This document shows positions 29,463 through 40,482 of a stretch of DNA of 64,000 nucleotides, one piece after another. Position 1 is the first letter of the stretch. The number at the start of each line of letters is the position of its first letter. The notes under the pieces are model-generated. The model searched no databases, was not told the DNA's origin, and saw only the letters and a list, made by a program, of their open reading frames with translations. Position numbers and translations under genes: made by a program. Origin of the DNA: a virus; IMG/VR virus record IMGVR_UViG_3300020205_002210, positions 32,001 through 96,000 of that record. One strand, 5' to 3'.

Positions 29463-31150
29463 ATCCCGATTTAAAATTCGGTGAGGCGTATAGAGATAAT
29501 CCGTTACTTAAAAAAGCAGGCGTTCAGGTAGAATACACACAAGAACAAATTGATGAATACATTAAGTGTTCTAAAGACCCCATATATTTTGCAAAAAAAT
29601 ATGTAAAGATTGTCAACGTTGATGAAGGTCTTATTAATTTTAGTATGTGGCCGTTTCAAGAGGAGATGTTGCATTTATTTGCAAACAACAGGTTTGTTAT
29701 AACCAAATGTCCTCGCCAAGTTGGTAAGACAACCACCACGATTGCTTATATGTTGTGGGCAACCATATTCACTGATACACAGAACTGTGCAGTCCTGGCC
29801 AATAAAGGTTCTTTAGCCAGAGACATTCTTTCTAAGTACCAGTTAGCATATGAGAACCTACCAATGTGGTTGCAACAAGGTGTGGTTACTTGGAATAAAG
29901 GTAATGTTGAACTAGAAAATGGATCAAAGATCATTGCTGCATCAACATCAAGTTCTGCTATCCGAGGAGGTTCTTTCAACATCGTATTCTTGGATGAATT
30001 TGCATTCGTTCCAAACAATATCGCAGAAGAATTCTTTAACTCTGTATATCCTGTAATATCATCCGGAAAAAAGACAAAAATTATAATTGTTTCTACACCA
30101 AATGGTATGAATCTATTCTACAAATTGTGGATGGATTCAATCAACAAGAAAAACAATTATATAAATTTCGAAATTCATTGGTCAATGGTACCTGGTCGTG
30201 ATGAAAGGTGGAAAGAAGAAACTATTCGAAACACATCTGAACGACAATTCAAACAAGAGTTTGAGACAGAGTTCTTAGGATCCAGTAACACACTAATTTC
30301 TGGTTACAAATTGCAACAGTTGGTATTTAATGATCCAATTGCAAATCACGATCTATTAAAAATATATGAACATCCAATAAAAGAAGGTATAGATGAATCA
30401 AAAACAGATCACCTATATTGCATGTGTGTGGATGTTTCTGAAGGTAAGAACTTAGACAGTTCAGCTTTCTCTGTAATTGATATATCACAAACACCATATA
30501 AACAAGTTGCAACATATAAGAGTTCATCGATTACGCCGATGCTTTTCCCAACTGTCATATATAATACAGCAAGATATTATAATGATGCATATGTTTTGGT
30601 TGAGATTAACAACAACCCACAAGTAGCAGACTCGTTGCATGTGGATTTTGAATATGAAAACTTGTGGAAAATATTTACAGGCAACAAGAAACCACAACAA
30701 TTGTCAGCAGGCTTTGCCCGTGGCATTCAAATGGGTTTAAAAATGTCACCTCAAGTTAAAGCGATTGGGTGTTCAAACCTAAAAACTTTGATTGAAGGTG
30801 ACAAATTAGTAATTAATGATTTTGATACATACTCCGAACTGACAACTTTTGTACACCAAAAGAACTCGTTTAGTGCGGAAGATGGTGCAAACGATGACAT
30901 GGTTATGTCTCTGGTGATTTTTTCGTGGCTTTCGACACAACAATACTTTAAAGAGATTGTTAACCACGACATTAGAAAACAGATTCAGTTAGAAAATATG
31001 AATCAAATAGATGATGATGTTCTACCCGCTCCTATTATTGAAGATGGTTTAGAACATGATTTCCAAATTATAGATGGTGATTTGTGGGAAGTAGCGGACG
31101 GCAATGAAATTTATTCAAAATTCATACGAAATAGGCTGGAAAGGTTATAA
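29459..31150 (+). CDS. gp17: Terminase large subunit
   Basis: PRQVGKTT Walker A, FLDEFAF Walker B, DDMVMSL nuclease motif; uninterrupted. Confidence 0.97.
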   Translation: MNPDLKFGEAYRDNPLLKKAGVQVEYTQEQIDEYIKCSKDPIYFAKKYVKIVNVDEGLINFSMWPFQEEMLHLFANNRFVITKCPRQVGKTTTTIAYMLWATIFTDTQNCAVLANKGSLARDILSKYQLAYENLPMWLQQGVVTWNKGNVELENGSKIIAASTSSSAIRGGSFNIVFLDEFAFVPNNIAEEFFNSVYPVISSGKKTKIIIVSTPNGMNLFYKLWMDSINKKNNYINFEIHWSMVPGRDERWKEETIRNTSERQFKQEFETEFLGSSNTLISGYKLQQLVFNDPIANHDLLKIYEHPIKEGIDESKTDHLYCMCVDVSEGKNLDSSAFSVIDISQTPYKQVATYKSSSITPMLFPTVIYNTARYYNDAYVLVEINNNPQVADSLHVDFEYENLWKIFTGNKKPQQLSAGFARGIQMGLKMSPQVKAIGCSNLKTLIEGDKLVINDFDTYSELTTFVHQKNSFSAEDGANDDMVMSLVIFSWLSTQQYFKEIVNHDIRKQIQLENMNQIDDDVLPAPIIEDGLEHDFQIIDGDLWEVADGNEIYSKFIRNRLERL

Positions 31151-31161
31151 ATCCGGCCTTT

Positions 31162-31169
31162 CATAAATA
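31162..31169 (+). promoter_or_regulatory. T4-type late promoter before gp18
   Basis: CATAAATA. Confidence 0.6.
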
Positions 31170-31216
31170 CACTTATGGTATTTTGCCAAGAGAACAAATA
31201 ATTCAAGGAGAATAAA

Positions 31217-32908
31217 ATGGCATTTCAAATCTCTCCAGGCGTAAATGTATCTGAAGTTGATGCAACGACTGTTGTACCTTCAGTGCAACAAACTGCTGGT
31301 GCATTTGCTGGAACATTTCAATGGGGTCCAGCGGATAAAGTAAGACAAATAGATAGTGAATTAACTCTCGTTAGTACATTCGGTAAACCAGATGCAGCTT
31401 CTGCAACAGATTTTTTTACTGCTGCAAACTTTCTATCATATGGTAATAATCTGAACATCGTTAGATCGGTCGGAAATCTTGCAAACAATGCAACCGATGG
31501 CAGCGGTGGTACGATTCAAATTAAGAATGAAGATGTTTACGAAACTACATATCTACTCACCAACAATAGCAATAGCTATGGTCCATTTGTGGGAAGATAT
31601 CCAGGACTCTTGGGTAATTCTTTAACTGTTCATGTTTGTGCAAATACAAGCACATTTAGTTCATGGAGTTACAGAAGTTATTTTACATCAGCACCAGGTA
31701 CATCAGAATTTGCCAGTTCAGTAGGCGGCAGCAATGACGAAATGCACATTGTTGTGGTTGATGCAGATGGTCTATTTACTGGATCAGCAGGTGCGATACT
31801 TGAAACTTACGGTTTTGTTTCGGCTGCTTCTGATGCAACAATTAATGGCGTAACAAACTACTACAAACAAGTCATACTTAACAACTCCAAGTATGTGTAC
31901 GCAATGAGTCCAATTGATTATGGTACAACAAATGCAACTTGGGACCGGGCTGCGGCCGGCAGAAGTTTTGCAAGACCAGCCACAAACATTGCAACCAATT
32001 TGTCTACAGGTACTAGTGTTGCACCAACAGATGGCAATATTCAAGTTTCATATGACTTCTTCACAAACAAAGAATCTATTGATATCTCACTTGTATTAAC
32101 TAGTGGGCACAGTGTTACAGTTCAACAATATGTAATTGATAATATTGCAGTTGGTCGTGCCGATTGCGTTGCTTTCATTTCTCCAAGATATTCTGATGTT
32201 GTCAACCAGTCTGGTTCAGAAACAACAAATATTGCTGGTTGGTTAGCTGCATTGGCAAGAAGTTCATCTTATGTTATGGCAGACTCTGGTTGGAAATACC
32301 AATTCGACAAGTACCACAATACATATCGTTGGATTCCATTGAATGGTGACATTGCTGGCTTATGTGTATACACAGACAGCGTTAGAGATCCATGGTTCTC
32401 TCCAGCAGGTTTCAACCGTGGTGCAATTAAGAATGCCGTTAAGTTGGCTTGGAATCCAAGTAAATCTTTCCGTGATACAATGTATGCTGCAGGTGTTAAT
32501 CCAGTAGTGTCCTTCCCAGGTCAGGGTACTGTATTGTTTGGCGACAAGACTCTGTTAGCTAAACCATCAGCATTCGACCGTATCAATGTTCGCAGATTGT
32601 TCATTACATTAGAAAAATCAATTGCACAAGCTGCAAAGTTTTCAATGTTTGAATTAAATGACGAATTCACAAGAGCACAATTCATTGCCTTAGTAGCACC
32701 ATTCTTACGCGATGTTCAAGGTCGCCGTGGTATTACAGACTTTAGAGTTGTTTGCGATTCCACAAATAACACACAACAAGTTGTTGATAGCAACCAGTTT
32801 GTCGGCGATATCTACATTAAGCCTGCGCGGTCAGTTAACTACATTCAGTTGAACTTTGTTGCTGTGGGTACTGGAGTTGACTTCGTGACCATCGTTGGTG
32901 CAGCTTAA
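31217..32908 (+). CDS. gp18: Tail sheath protein
   Basis: SPGVNVSEVD, WFSPAGFNRG and FDRINVRRLF motifs. Confidence 0.97.
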   Translation: MAFQISPGVNVSEVDATTVVPSVQQTAGAFAGTFQWGPADKVRQIDSELTLVSTFGKPDAASATDFFTAANFLSYGNNLNIVRSVGNLANNATDGSGGTIQIKNEDVYETTYLLTNNSNSYGPFVGRYPGLLGNSLTVHVCANTSTFSSWSYRSYFTSAPGTSEFASSVGGSNDEMHIVVVDADGLFTGSAGAILETYGFVSAASDATINGVTNYYKQVILNNSKYVYAMSPIDYGTTNATWDRAAAGRSFARPATNIATNLSTGTSVAPTDGNIQVSYDFFTNKESIDISLVLTSGHSVTVQQYVIDNIAVGRADCVAFISPRYSDVVNQSGSETTNIAGWLAALARSSSYVMADSGWKYQFDKYHNTYRWIPLNGDIAGLCVYTDSVRDPWFSPAGFNRGAIKNAVKLAWNPSKSFRDTMYAAGVNPVVSFPGQGTVLFGDKTLLAKPSAFDRINVRRLFITLEKSIAQAAKFSMFELNDEFTRAQFIALVAPFLRDVQGRRGITDFRVVCDSTNNTQQVVDSNQFVGDIYIKPARSVNYIQLNFVAVGTGVDFVTIVGAA

Positions 32909-32935
32909 TAAATAAAACGATAACAGGAGAAAATA

Positions 32936-33478
32936 ATGGCATTTAATGTAGCAGAATTTAGAGCAAATATGATTGGTGACGGTGCTCGTCCTAATCTATT
33001 CTCTGTCTCTTTAATATTCCCATCACTCGTTCAAAACGCTACAGCTGCTGGCCAGAAGATAACATTCATGGCTAAGACAGCTCAACTACCAGGTTCCACA
33101 ATCGGCACTGTACCAATTTACTACTTCGGTCGTGAAATGAAATTTGCTGGCAACAGAACCTTTGCAGATTGGACATTAACAATTATTAATGATGAAGATT
33201 TTACCATCAGAAATTCTTTAGAGAATTGGATGAATTCAATCAACAGTCATTCCGGTAATGTTAGAGCACCAGGTGCAAGTAATGCAAACGGTTATGCCGT
33301 TGATGCTAATGTAATTCAATACGGAAAAACTGGCAATGAACTGAAGAAGTATAAATTTGTTGGTGTGTTTCCACTCGATTTGTCACCTATTGACCTCGAT
33401 TGGGGTTCAAATGACACAATTGAAGAATATACTGCCTCATTTGCTTACCAGTTCTGGGAAACAAATACAACGACTTGA
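32936..33478 (+). CDS. gp19: Tail tube protein
   Basis: GARPNLF, GNRTFADWTLTIINDEDF and IEEY...FAYQFW motifs. Confidence 0.96.
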   Translation: MAFNVAEFRANMIGDGARPNLFSVSLIFPSLVQNATAAGQKITFMAKTAQLPGSTIGTVPIYYFGREMKFAGNRTFADWTLTIINDEDFTIRNSLENWMNSINSHSGNVRAPGASNANGYAVDANVIQYGKTGNELKKYKFVGVFPLDLSPIDLDWGSNDTIEEYTASFAYQFWETNTTT

Positions 33479-33485
33479 TATGTAC

Positions 33486-33515
33486 GGAGGGCCTAGTGCC
33501 CTCCATGTTTTTTTT
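33486..33515 (+). terminator. Intrinsic terminator after gp19
   Basis: GGAGGGC/GCCCTCC stem and T tract. Confidence 0.75.
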
Positions 33516-33537
33516 GATTTTATAATTACACACAAAT

Positions 33538-35277
33538 ATGGCAAACACAAATAAATTTTCGCTTTTCGGTTTCACAATCTCTCGTCAAAAAGACTTAGAG
33601 GATGCGGCCGCGCAACAATCTTTTGCACCTCCGACTTCGGATGATGGTGCATTAACTATTACATCTGCCGCACATTATGGTACATATGTTGATTTAGACG
33701 GTACTGCCAAGAATGAAGTAGAACTCATTTCGCGTTATCGTGAAATGGCTATGCAACCAGAAATCGAATCGGCGATAGATGACATAGTTAATGAAGCTAT
33801 TGTACAAGACGATGATGGCAAAATTACTCAGATCATTTTGGATGATTTAAAACAGAATGAAAAGATCAAGAAAGCTATTAAAGAAGAATTTAATATCATT
33901 CTTAGATTATTAAATTATCAAAATTTAGCACAAGATATTTTTCGCCGTTACTATGTTGACGGCAGAATGTATTTTCATATTATTATTGACCGTGAACAAC
34001 CACAAGATGGTATTAAAGAACTGCGTTATATAGATCCACGCAGATTGAGAAAAGTACGGGAAATTAAAAAACAAAAAGACGAACGAACCGGCGCAGAGAT
34101 TATGCAGCCAGTTAATGAGTACTACATCTATAATGACAAGGTTGTGTCTGGAAGTGCATCCAACTTTGGTCCAGTTGGTGTTCGCATTACCACAGACTCC
34201 ATCATCTCCGTAACCTCAGGCCTCATGGATTCGCGTAGAGCAGTGGTGTTATCTTATCTACACAAAGCAATCAAGCCACTCAATCAGTTACGCATGATTG
34301 AAGATGCAACAGTTATCTATCGTATATCAAGAGCACCAGAACGCAGAATCTTTTACATTGACGTAGGCAATCTACCAAAATTAAAAGCGGAACAATACCT
34401 ACGCGACATTATGATTAAATACAAGAACAAACTTGTATATGACGCAAACACAGGTGAAGTGCGAGATGACCGCAAGTTTATGTCCATGATGGAAGACTTT
34501 TGGTTACCAAGGCGTGAAGGTGGCAAAGGTACAGAGATTACAACATTGCCTGGTGGACAAAATCTAGGAGAACTGGAAGATGTTAAATACTTTCAGAAGA
34601 AATTGTATGGTGCATTATGTGTACCAATCTCCAGACTAGAACCGAACCAAGGGTTCTCTCTTGGTCGTACATCAGAAATTACCAGAGATGAATTAAAGTT
34701 CTCTAAGTTTGTTGACAGACTAAGAAGTAAATTCTCAGAAGTTTTTAATCAAGCTCTCCGTGTGCAGTGTGTGTTAAAAGGCATTTGCACCGATGAAGAG
34801 TGGGAAACATTTAAAGAAGATATTCACTACGATTATATTAAAGACAACAACTTCTCTGAGATGAAAGAAGCTGAACTAATGTCACAAAGATTGACATTGT
34901 TGTCTTCAGTTGATCCATACACTGGTAGATATTTCTCACAGAGATGGATTCAACAGAATGTATTGAGATTGTCCGATGATGAGATACTCGAAATGGACGA
35001 ACAAATCAATAAAGAAAAAGAAGAAGGCCTTGGATTACCAGTTTCTGTTACAAATGATGTTGCACAACAACAAATGTTAGGACAGGTACAAACAGACCAA
35101 ATGGTACAACAGAGTAAATTAATGCCACAAGATGGTGGTGCACCTGCACCAAGTTCTTCTGGTGGTTCTTCAAGTAGTTCATCTAAACCAAAACCAAAAA
35201 GTACTGGTGATTCAAAGTCAACAAAAGGTGATTTGAGTTTGGAAAGTACTTTCACTAAGCTAAAACGCATTTTATAA
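33538..35277 (+). CDS. gp20: Portal protein
   Basis: IYRISRAPERRIFYIDVGNLP and MEDFWLPRREGGKGTEI motifs. Confidence 0.97.
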   Translation: MANTNKFSLFGFTISRQKDLEDAAAQQSFAPPTSDDGALTITSAAHYGTYVDLDGTAKNEVELISRYREMAMQPEIESAIDDIVNEAIVQDDDGKITQIILDDLKQNEKIKKAIKEEFNIILRLLNYQNLAQDIFRRYYVDGRMYFHIIIDREQPQDGIKELRYIDPRRLRKVREIKKQKDERTGAEIMQPVNEYYIYNDKVVSGSASNFGPVGVRITTDSIISVTSGLMDSRRAVVLSYLHKAIKPLNQLRMIEDATVIYRISRAPERRIFYIDVGNLPKLKAEQYLRDIMIKYKNKLVYDANTGEVRDDRKFMSMMEDFWLPRREGGKGTEITTLPGGQNLGELEDVKYFQKKLYGALCVPISRLEPNQGFSLGRTSEITRDELKFSKFVDRLRSKFSEVFNQALRVQCVLKGICTDEEWETFKEDIHYDYIKDNNFSEMKEAELMSQRLTLLSSVDPYTGRYFSQRWIQQNVLRLSDDEILEMDEQINKEKEEGLGLPVSVTNDVAQQQMLGQVQTDQMVQQSKLMPQDGGAPAPSSSGGSSSSSSKPKPKSTGDSKSTKGDLSLESTFTKLKRIL

Positions 35278-35290
35278 TTAGGAGATAAAA

Positions 35291-35467
35291 ATGGAAACAA
35301 CAAGATCAATTGTCGATTACGCAGAAACTGATGACGCATCCGGACTACGCGATGCATTGTATGCTGCAATTTCGGATAGAGTTATGTCTCACATTGAGAA
35401 CCACAAAGTTGAAGTTGCAAAAAGCTTAATGAATGTTCCTCAAGAAGCTTCCACAGAAGCCGAATAA
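35291..35467 (+). CDS. 58-aa acidic protein, prohead core (gp67-like by position)
   Basis: Read by hand (METTRSIVDYAETDD...); SD aggag; between gp20 and gp21. Confidence 0.7.
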   Translation: METTRSIVDYAETDDASGLRDALYAAISDRVMSHIENHKVEVAKSLMNVPQEASTEAE

Positions 35468-35473
35468 TTTTGG

Positions 35474-35481
35474 TATAAATA
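35474..35481 (+). promoter_or_regulatory. T4 late promoter
   Basis: TATAAATA; gp55 is present in the window. Confidence 0.75.
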
Positions 35482-35508
35482 TTATCCAAACAATAACAGG
35501 GATTAAAA

Positions 35509-36030
35509 ATGGCAAACGCATTTACATATCAAGTCATTAAAGACACAACAGAACATACCGTTATTAAATTAACAGGTAAATTCGATGGTACTGGTCAAGA
35601 AGACAATAACAGAAGAATTACAGCAAACACATTGAGTGGTGCAATGGACACATCGAAAGCTAATTTGCTTTCATCGGCCGCAAACACCGGTTCTCTATCG
35701 TTTTATGGTTTATCTGTGAATCGTTTATGGTACTCAGGTCCTAATAATGCAGATGTTAATTTATTTTGGCACGCTGATACTACCGCATCAATATTCTTAC
35801 TGAATAGTAACTGTGAATTTGATGGTCAAAGTAATTGGGTAACAATACCAAACAACACAAAAGGAACAGCAGGTTCCAAAGGTGATATAGGTATTCAAAC
35901 TAGAGGCATGGTTGCGAACAATTCATATACATTAATATTAGAACTGCGAAAAGATAATGAACATTATCAACGCGGTCATTTGACAGATCCTGCTGCATTT
36001 AATTATGGTTCTTACTCCCTTCGACCATGA
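35509..36030 (+). CDS. Conserved hypothetical protein of the T4-like head module
   Basis: 173 aa, downstream of a TATAAATA late promoter. Confidence 0.75.
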   Translation: MANAFTYQVIKDTTEHTVIKLTGKFDGTGQEDNNRRITANTLSGAMDTSKANLLSSAANTGSLSFYGLSVNRLWYSGPNNADVNLFWHADTTASIFLLNSNCEFDGQSNWVTIPNNTKGTAGSKGDIGIQTRGMVANNSYTLILELRKDNEHYQRGHLTDPAAFNYGSYSLRP

Positions 36031-36038
36031 GGATCAAA

Positions 36039-36683
36039 ATGAAACTTATTAAAGAGATCACCGAGTCAGTAAACTATCTCGTAGAAGAGACTGACGGAAA
36101 AAAAGTATTGTTCATCGAAGGACCATTTTTGGTCGCCGAAAGAACAAACAAAAACGGCCGCATGTACAAAGAAGAAACTATGTCCAAAGAGGTTGGCCGT
36201 TATACTGAAGAATATATAAATAAAAATCGTGCCTTTGGTGAACTGGGACATCCAGATACCCCATCTATTAATCTTGACCGTGTATCACATTTAATTGTTG
36301 GTCTGCGGAAAGAAGATAATACTTGGATAGGCAAAGCAAAAATTCTTGAAACACCAATGGGCAACATTGCAAAAAGCCTTATCGAGGGTGGAGCACAATT
36401 AGGCGTGTCTTCTCGCGGTATGGGTTCTTTGAAGACTGTCAATGGTATCAACATAGTTCAAGATGACTTTCATTTAGCCACAGCGGCTGATATAGTAGCA
36501 GACCCTTCTGCGCCGGGTGCTTTTGTACAAGGTATTATGGAAGGTAAAGAGTGGATGATGGTTGAAGGAATATGGACTGAAGTTCATTATGAGGAAGCTC
36601 GTAGAGAAATCAAACAAGCTACCCCAAAACAGATCGAACAAGTCAGTTTAAAAATATTCGAAAATTTCATCAAAAAACTTTAA
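36039..36683 (+). CDS. gp21: Prohead protease
   Basis: GELGHP, LGVSSRGMGSL and DIVADPSAP motifs; ATG 36039 with SD gagga. Confidence 0.95.
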   Translation: MKLIKEITESVNYLVEETDGKKVLFIEGPFLVAERTNKNGRMYKEETMSKEVGRYTEEYINKNRAFGELGHPDTPSINLDRVSHLIVGLRKEDNTWIGKAKILETPMGNIAKSLIEGGAQLGVSSRGMGSLKTVNGINIVQDDFHLATAADIVADPSAPGAFVQGIMEGKEWMMVEGIWTEVHYEEARREIKQATPKQIEQVSLKIFENFIKKL

Positions 36684-36684
36684 T

Positions 36685-36692
36685 TATAAATA
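36685..36692 (+). promoter_or_regulatory. T4 late promoter before gp22
   Basis: TATAAATA. Confidence 0.75.
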
Positions 36693-36721
36693 TCCAATAT
36701 AAAATCAAGGAGATTCTCAAA

Positions 36722-37981
36722 ATGGGAAAATACAATCTATCAGACGCTGCTAAAGCAATTTTGACAGAAGGCGCAAAGGAAAGCTTTGACGCTAATCTAT
36801 CTTCTAAGCGTAGTGGCCAGGACGGCGCAACAAAATTACCAACATCTGTTGCTTATGGCATGAAAGATGTGGGTGAAGTTGCAGACGTTGTTGACAAACA
36901 AGATGATGTAAAGCCAGACTACACAAAAGGCACACCAACTGCAACACCTCCAGGTCCTACACCGCCAATCGGTTCAGAGCCAGGTTCTAAGTTGAGTGGT
37001 CCTGCTGATTCGGAAGGTTCTGAACACAAAGCCGTTCAAGCTGCTGCAACTGACTATTCGGCCATTCGTGACCGTATCAAAGCCAGATTAGCAACTCAGA
37101 CTATGCAAAGTAATCCTGGTGCAACTGCACCTTATGTTCCAGAAGAAGTTACTGAATCTGATCCAGTTATTTCAGAAGAAGAACATGAAGACAAAAAAGA
37201 AGACAAAGCACTCATCATGAAGATGATGAAGAAACAGAAAATGAAGGAAGAAATGGATTCCGATGTGAATGCATTGCTTTCTGGTGAAAACCTTTCTGAA
37301 GAATTCAAACAAAAAGCTACCACAATTTTCGAAGCTGCTGTTATTGCACGATCACAATCCGTAGTGGAAGAAGTCGAACAAGCAATGTACGAGGAATTCG
37401 AAGTTGCTGTAGAAGAAATCAAAGAAGATTTGGCTGTTAAACTTGATGACTACATCAGTTACATGGCTGAAGAGTGGTTCAAAGAGAACCAACTAGCAAT
37501 TGAAAAAGGTCTGCGTTCAGAAATCGTTGAAGATTTCATTCGCGGATTAAAAGGATTGTTCGAAGAACACTACATTGACATTCCAGAAGAAAAAGTTGAT
37601 GTTGTTGAACAATTGACAAACAGAGTTGAAGAACTGGAAGACTCATTAAACGAACAGATCAAAACTGCCGTTGCAATGAAAAAGACTATCAGTGAACACA
37701 AAAAGAATGAGGCTATACATGCAGTATGTGAGGGCCTGACGCAGACGCAAGTAGAAAAATTTAAATCACTCGCAGAGGGTGTTGACTTTACTACTGAAGA
37801 AGAATTCGGAAGCAAAATGGACACATTGGTTGAATCATATTTTCAATCGACCGTTAAATCCGCAGACAAATCTGTATTGAACGAAGAAGTGCTTGTGGAA
37901 GACGAAGCCAAGCCAGCGCGAAATGTTGATCCAACAATAGCGCAATATGCACAAACTATCTCAAAAACATTGGCTAAATAA
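36722..37981 (+). CDS. gp22: Prohead scaffold/core protein
   Basis: LSEEFKQKATTIFEAAV and FEEHYIDIPEEKVDVV motifs; acidic coiled coil. Confidence 0.93.
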   Translation: MGKYNLSDAAKAILTEGAKESFDANLSSKRSGQDGATKLPTSVAYGMKDVGEVADVVDKQDDVKPDYTKGTPTATPPGPTPPIGSEPGSKLSGPADSEGSEHKAVQAAATDYSAIRDRIKARLATQTMQSNPGATAPYVPEEVTESDPVISEEEHEDKKEDKALIMKMMKKQKMKEEMDSDVNALLSGENLSEEFKQKATTIFEAAVIARSQSVVEEVEQAMYEEFEVAVEEIKEDLAVKLDDYISYMAEEWFKENQLAIEKGLRSEIVEDFIRGLKGLFEEHYIDIPEEKVDVVEQLTNRVEELEDSLNEQIKTAVAMKKTISEHKKNEAIHAVCEGLTQTQVEKFKSLAEGVDFTTEEEFGSKMDTLVESYFQSTVKSADKSVLNEEVLVEDEAKPARNVDPTIAQYAQTISKTLAK

Positions 37982-38022
37982 ATAAAGTTTACCAATAATA
38001 GAAACTCACAAGGAGAATACTA

Positions 38023-39357
38023 ATGTTTCTAACAGAAGAACTACAAAAAAAATGGCAACCAGTTCTGGAGCACCCAGAATTAGAAGCGATTAGAGATCCA
38101 TACAAAAAGGCTGTTACAGCTTTAGTGTTGGAAAACCAACAACAAGCTATGTCACAAGACGCACAGGCACTGAATGAGACTACTTATTCAGCAACACCTG
38201 GTAATGCAACTGGTGCTAGCATTCAGAACTACGATCCAATCTTAATCAGTTTGGTTCGCCGTGCTTTACCTAACCTAATTGCATATGATGTTGCTGGCGT
38301 TCAGCCAATGACAGGACCTACTGGTCTGATCTTTGCAATGCGCGCTAAGTACAATACACAAGGTGGTACAGAAGCTTTCTTCAACGAAGCAAATACACTG
38401 TTCACTGGTGCTGGTTCGTCTGCTAACCCATACGGTTTCCGCGGCAATAACGCAACCGACATTGTTACAAACACTGGTGCAGACTTGGTTGCTAACAGTT
38501 TCACAACTGGTATCGGCATGCCAACAAGCCGTGCTGAAGGTCTTGGTGCTGATGACTCTACAGGTATGTTCAATCAAATGGCTTTCTCTATCGAGAAAGT
38601 TACTGTGACTGCTCAATCCCGTGCGTTGAAAGCTGAATACTCTCTAGAACTTGCACAAGACTTGAAAGCTGTTCACGGTCTTGATGCTGAAACAGAATTG
38701 TCAAACATTCTGTCTACAGAGATTCTTGCTGAAATCAACCGTGAAGTTATCCGTACAATCTATACTTGTGCCGTTGCCGGTGCTCAGTATGGTACGACAA
38801 CTGCTGGTTCATTCGACTTAGACACTGACTCTAACGGTCGTTGGTCTGTTGAACGTTTCAAAGGTCTGATTTTCCAAATCGAACGCGATGCAAACGTTAT
38901 TGCTAAGCAAACTCGTCGTGGTAAAGGCAACGTGATGATCGTATCATCCGATGTTGCTTCCGCTATGGCAATGGCTGGTGTTCTTTCTTATACACCTGCA
39001 CTGTCTGCTGACTTGCAAGTTGATGACACTGGTAACACCTTTGCTGGTTTGTTACACGGTCGTATCAAAGTGTACATTGACCCATATTTTGGTGGATATA
39101 CTTCCAACCAAGAATTGGTTACAATTGGTTACAAAGGTACTTCACCTTATGATGCTGGTATTTTCTACTGCCCATATGTTCCATTACAAATGGTTCGTGC
39201 AGTTGACCAATACACATTCCAACCTAAAATTGGTTTCAAGACTCGTTACGGCATGGTTGCAAACCCATTCGCAACAGGTGCTTCAGCAAGTAACGGTGCA
39301 TTGAATGCTCGTAGCAATGTGTACTATCGTATTTTCCAAGTCAAAAACTTGATGTAA
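38023..39357 (+). CDS. gp23: Major capsid protein
   Basis: GVQPMTGPTGLIFAMR, RALKAEYSLELAQDLKA and FQPKIGFKTRYG motifs. Confidence 0.98.
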   Translation: MFLTEELQKKWQPVLEHPELEAIRDPYKKAVTALVLENQQQAMSQDAQALNETTYSATPGNATGASIQNYDPILISLVRRALPNLIAYDVAGVQPMTGPTGLIFAMRAKYNTQGGTEAFFNEANTLFTGAGSSANPYGFRGNNATDIVTNTGADLVANSFTTGIGMPTSRAEGLGADDSTGMFNQMAFSIEKVTVTAQSRALKAEYSLELAQDLKAVHGLDAETELSNILSTEILAEINREVIRTIYTCAVAGAQYGTTTAGSFDLDTDSNGRWSVERFKGLIFQIERDANVIAKQTRRGKGNVMIVSSDVASAMAMAGVLSYTPALSADLQVDDTGNTFAGLLHGRIKVYIDPYFGGYTSNQELVTIGYKGTSPYDAGIFYCPYVPLQMVRAVDQYTFQPKIGFKTRYGMVANPFATGASASNGALNARSNVYYRIFQVKNLM

Positions 39358-39397
39358 TCTACGAAAACAGAGTCACCGTAAAGAGTGACAAGTTTAG

Positions 39398-39423
39398 AAG
39401 GACCTTTCGGGGTCCTTTTTTTT
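39398..39423 (+). terminator. Intrinsic terminator after gp23
   Basis: AAGGACCT-TTCG-GGGTCCTT and T tract. Confidence 0.85.
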
Positions 39424-39452
39424 GGCTCCTAAATAATACATAAGGAGAAATC

Positions 39453-39965
39453 ATGACTGTAATTACTAGAAGTCCAGAGAATACCAACTTACTTCAACCC
39501 ACAAAATTTTTACTGACATTCAGCAGAATTGCTACAACACAGTATTTTTGTCAAACAGTAAATTTGCCTGGCGTTTCTTTGGGAGAAGTTGTTAGAGTGA
39601 CTCCATTCTTAGACATGTATTCTCCTGGTACAAAATTAACCTATGAACCATTAGAGATGGAATTCATGGTTGATGAAGAACTGTTATCATGGAAGAATCT
39701 ATATGATTGGTTTACTTCTATGGCCGACCCGGACGGTTTTGAGAAGAGAGATGTTAGTAGAGAACTGCAAAGCATCAAATACTTCTCTGACGCCACCCTG
39801 ACAGTGCTGAGTGCATTGAATAATCCAATATTGAGAATTCAATATACTAATGTTTTTCCATTGAGTATCAGTGATATAGGGTTTGACACCACAAGGTCCG
39901 CAGACACCATAATAACCGCTAAAGCAACATTTAGGTATCAATCATACAAATACTTGACAGCTTGA
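39453..39965 (+). CDS. gp3: Tail completion protein
   Basis: NLLQPTKF, YFCQTVNLPGVSLG and FPLSIS motifs. Confidence 0.85.
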   Translation: MTVITRSPENTNLLQPTKFLLTFSRIATTQYFCQTVNLPGVSLGEVVRVTPFLDMYSPGTKLTYEPLEMEFMVDEELLSWKNLYDWFTSMADPDGFEKRDVSRELQSIKYFSDATLTVLSALNNPILRIQYTNVFPLSISDIGFDTTRSADTIITAKATFRYQSYKYLTA

Positions 39966-39982
39966 CAGTATTATGATATAAT
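39954..39982 (+). promoter_or_regulatory. Sigma70 promoter for uvsY-uvsW
   Basis: TTGACA-17-TATAAT. Confidence 0.8.
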
Positions 39983-40047
39983 GTTTTGAATGAATAGGAA
40001 TGATGTAAGTCATTGATCTTAAACAATATTTTGTTATTTTTGAATAT

Positions 40048-40482
40048 ATGGAAACACTTGAACAAGTACTAAAAATGTGGGAATCGGATACGGTCATAGA
40101 CCAAACCGAACCTAGTAAAGAATTATTAAAGATACCTGTATACCACAGTAAGTATCTTAGTATTCTAACCAAACACCGAATTGCGTCCAAAAGAGCACAC
40201 TTTGATTATCTGCGTATGCGTAAGATCAAATGGGAATACTTTACTGGTAAATTATCGCAAGAAGAACTTGGTGAATATGGATGGGAACCATTTCAGTTTG
40301 CACTGAAATCCGATATCAACACATATCTGGAATCCGACAAAGACCTTATTAAGTTATTGGAAAAGAAGATTTACCATGAAGAGGTAGTATCAATTCTGGA
40401 ATCTATTATGTCTGAATTGAAATCTAGAACATTTCAGTTGCGTGACTTCATTAGTTGGGAGAAATTCGTTGGCGGACAATGA
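40048..40482 (+). CDS. uvsY: Recombination mediator
   Basis: IP.YHSKYL and KWEYFTGK motifs; precedes uvsW. Confidence 0.9.
   Translation: METLEQVLKMWESDTVIDQTEPSKELLKIPVYHSKYLSILTKHRIASKRAHFDYLRMRKIKWEYFTGKLSQEELGEYGWEPFQFALKSDINTYLESDKDLIKLLEKKIYHEEVVSILESIMSELKSRTFQLRDFISWEKFVGGQ

Noticed and set aside
29459-39357. Introns, inteins or homing endonucleases in terminase, portal or capsid genes
   Set aside because: ORFs are continuous and of normal length, with no LAGLIDADG, GIY-YIG or HNH motifs noticed
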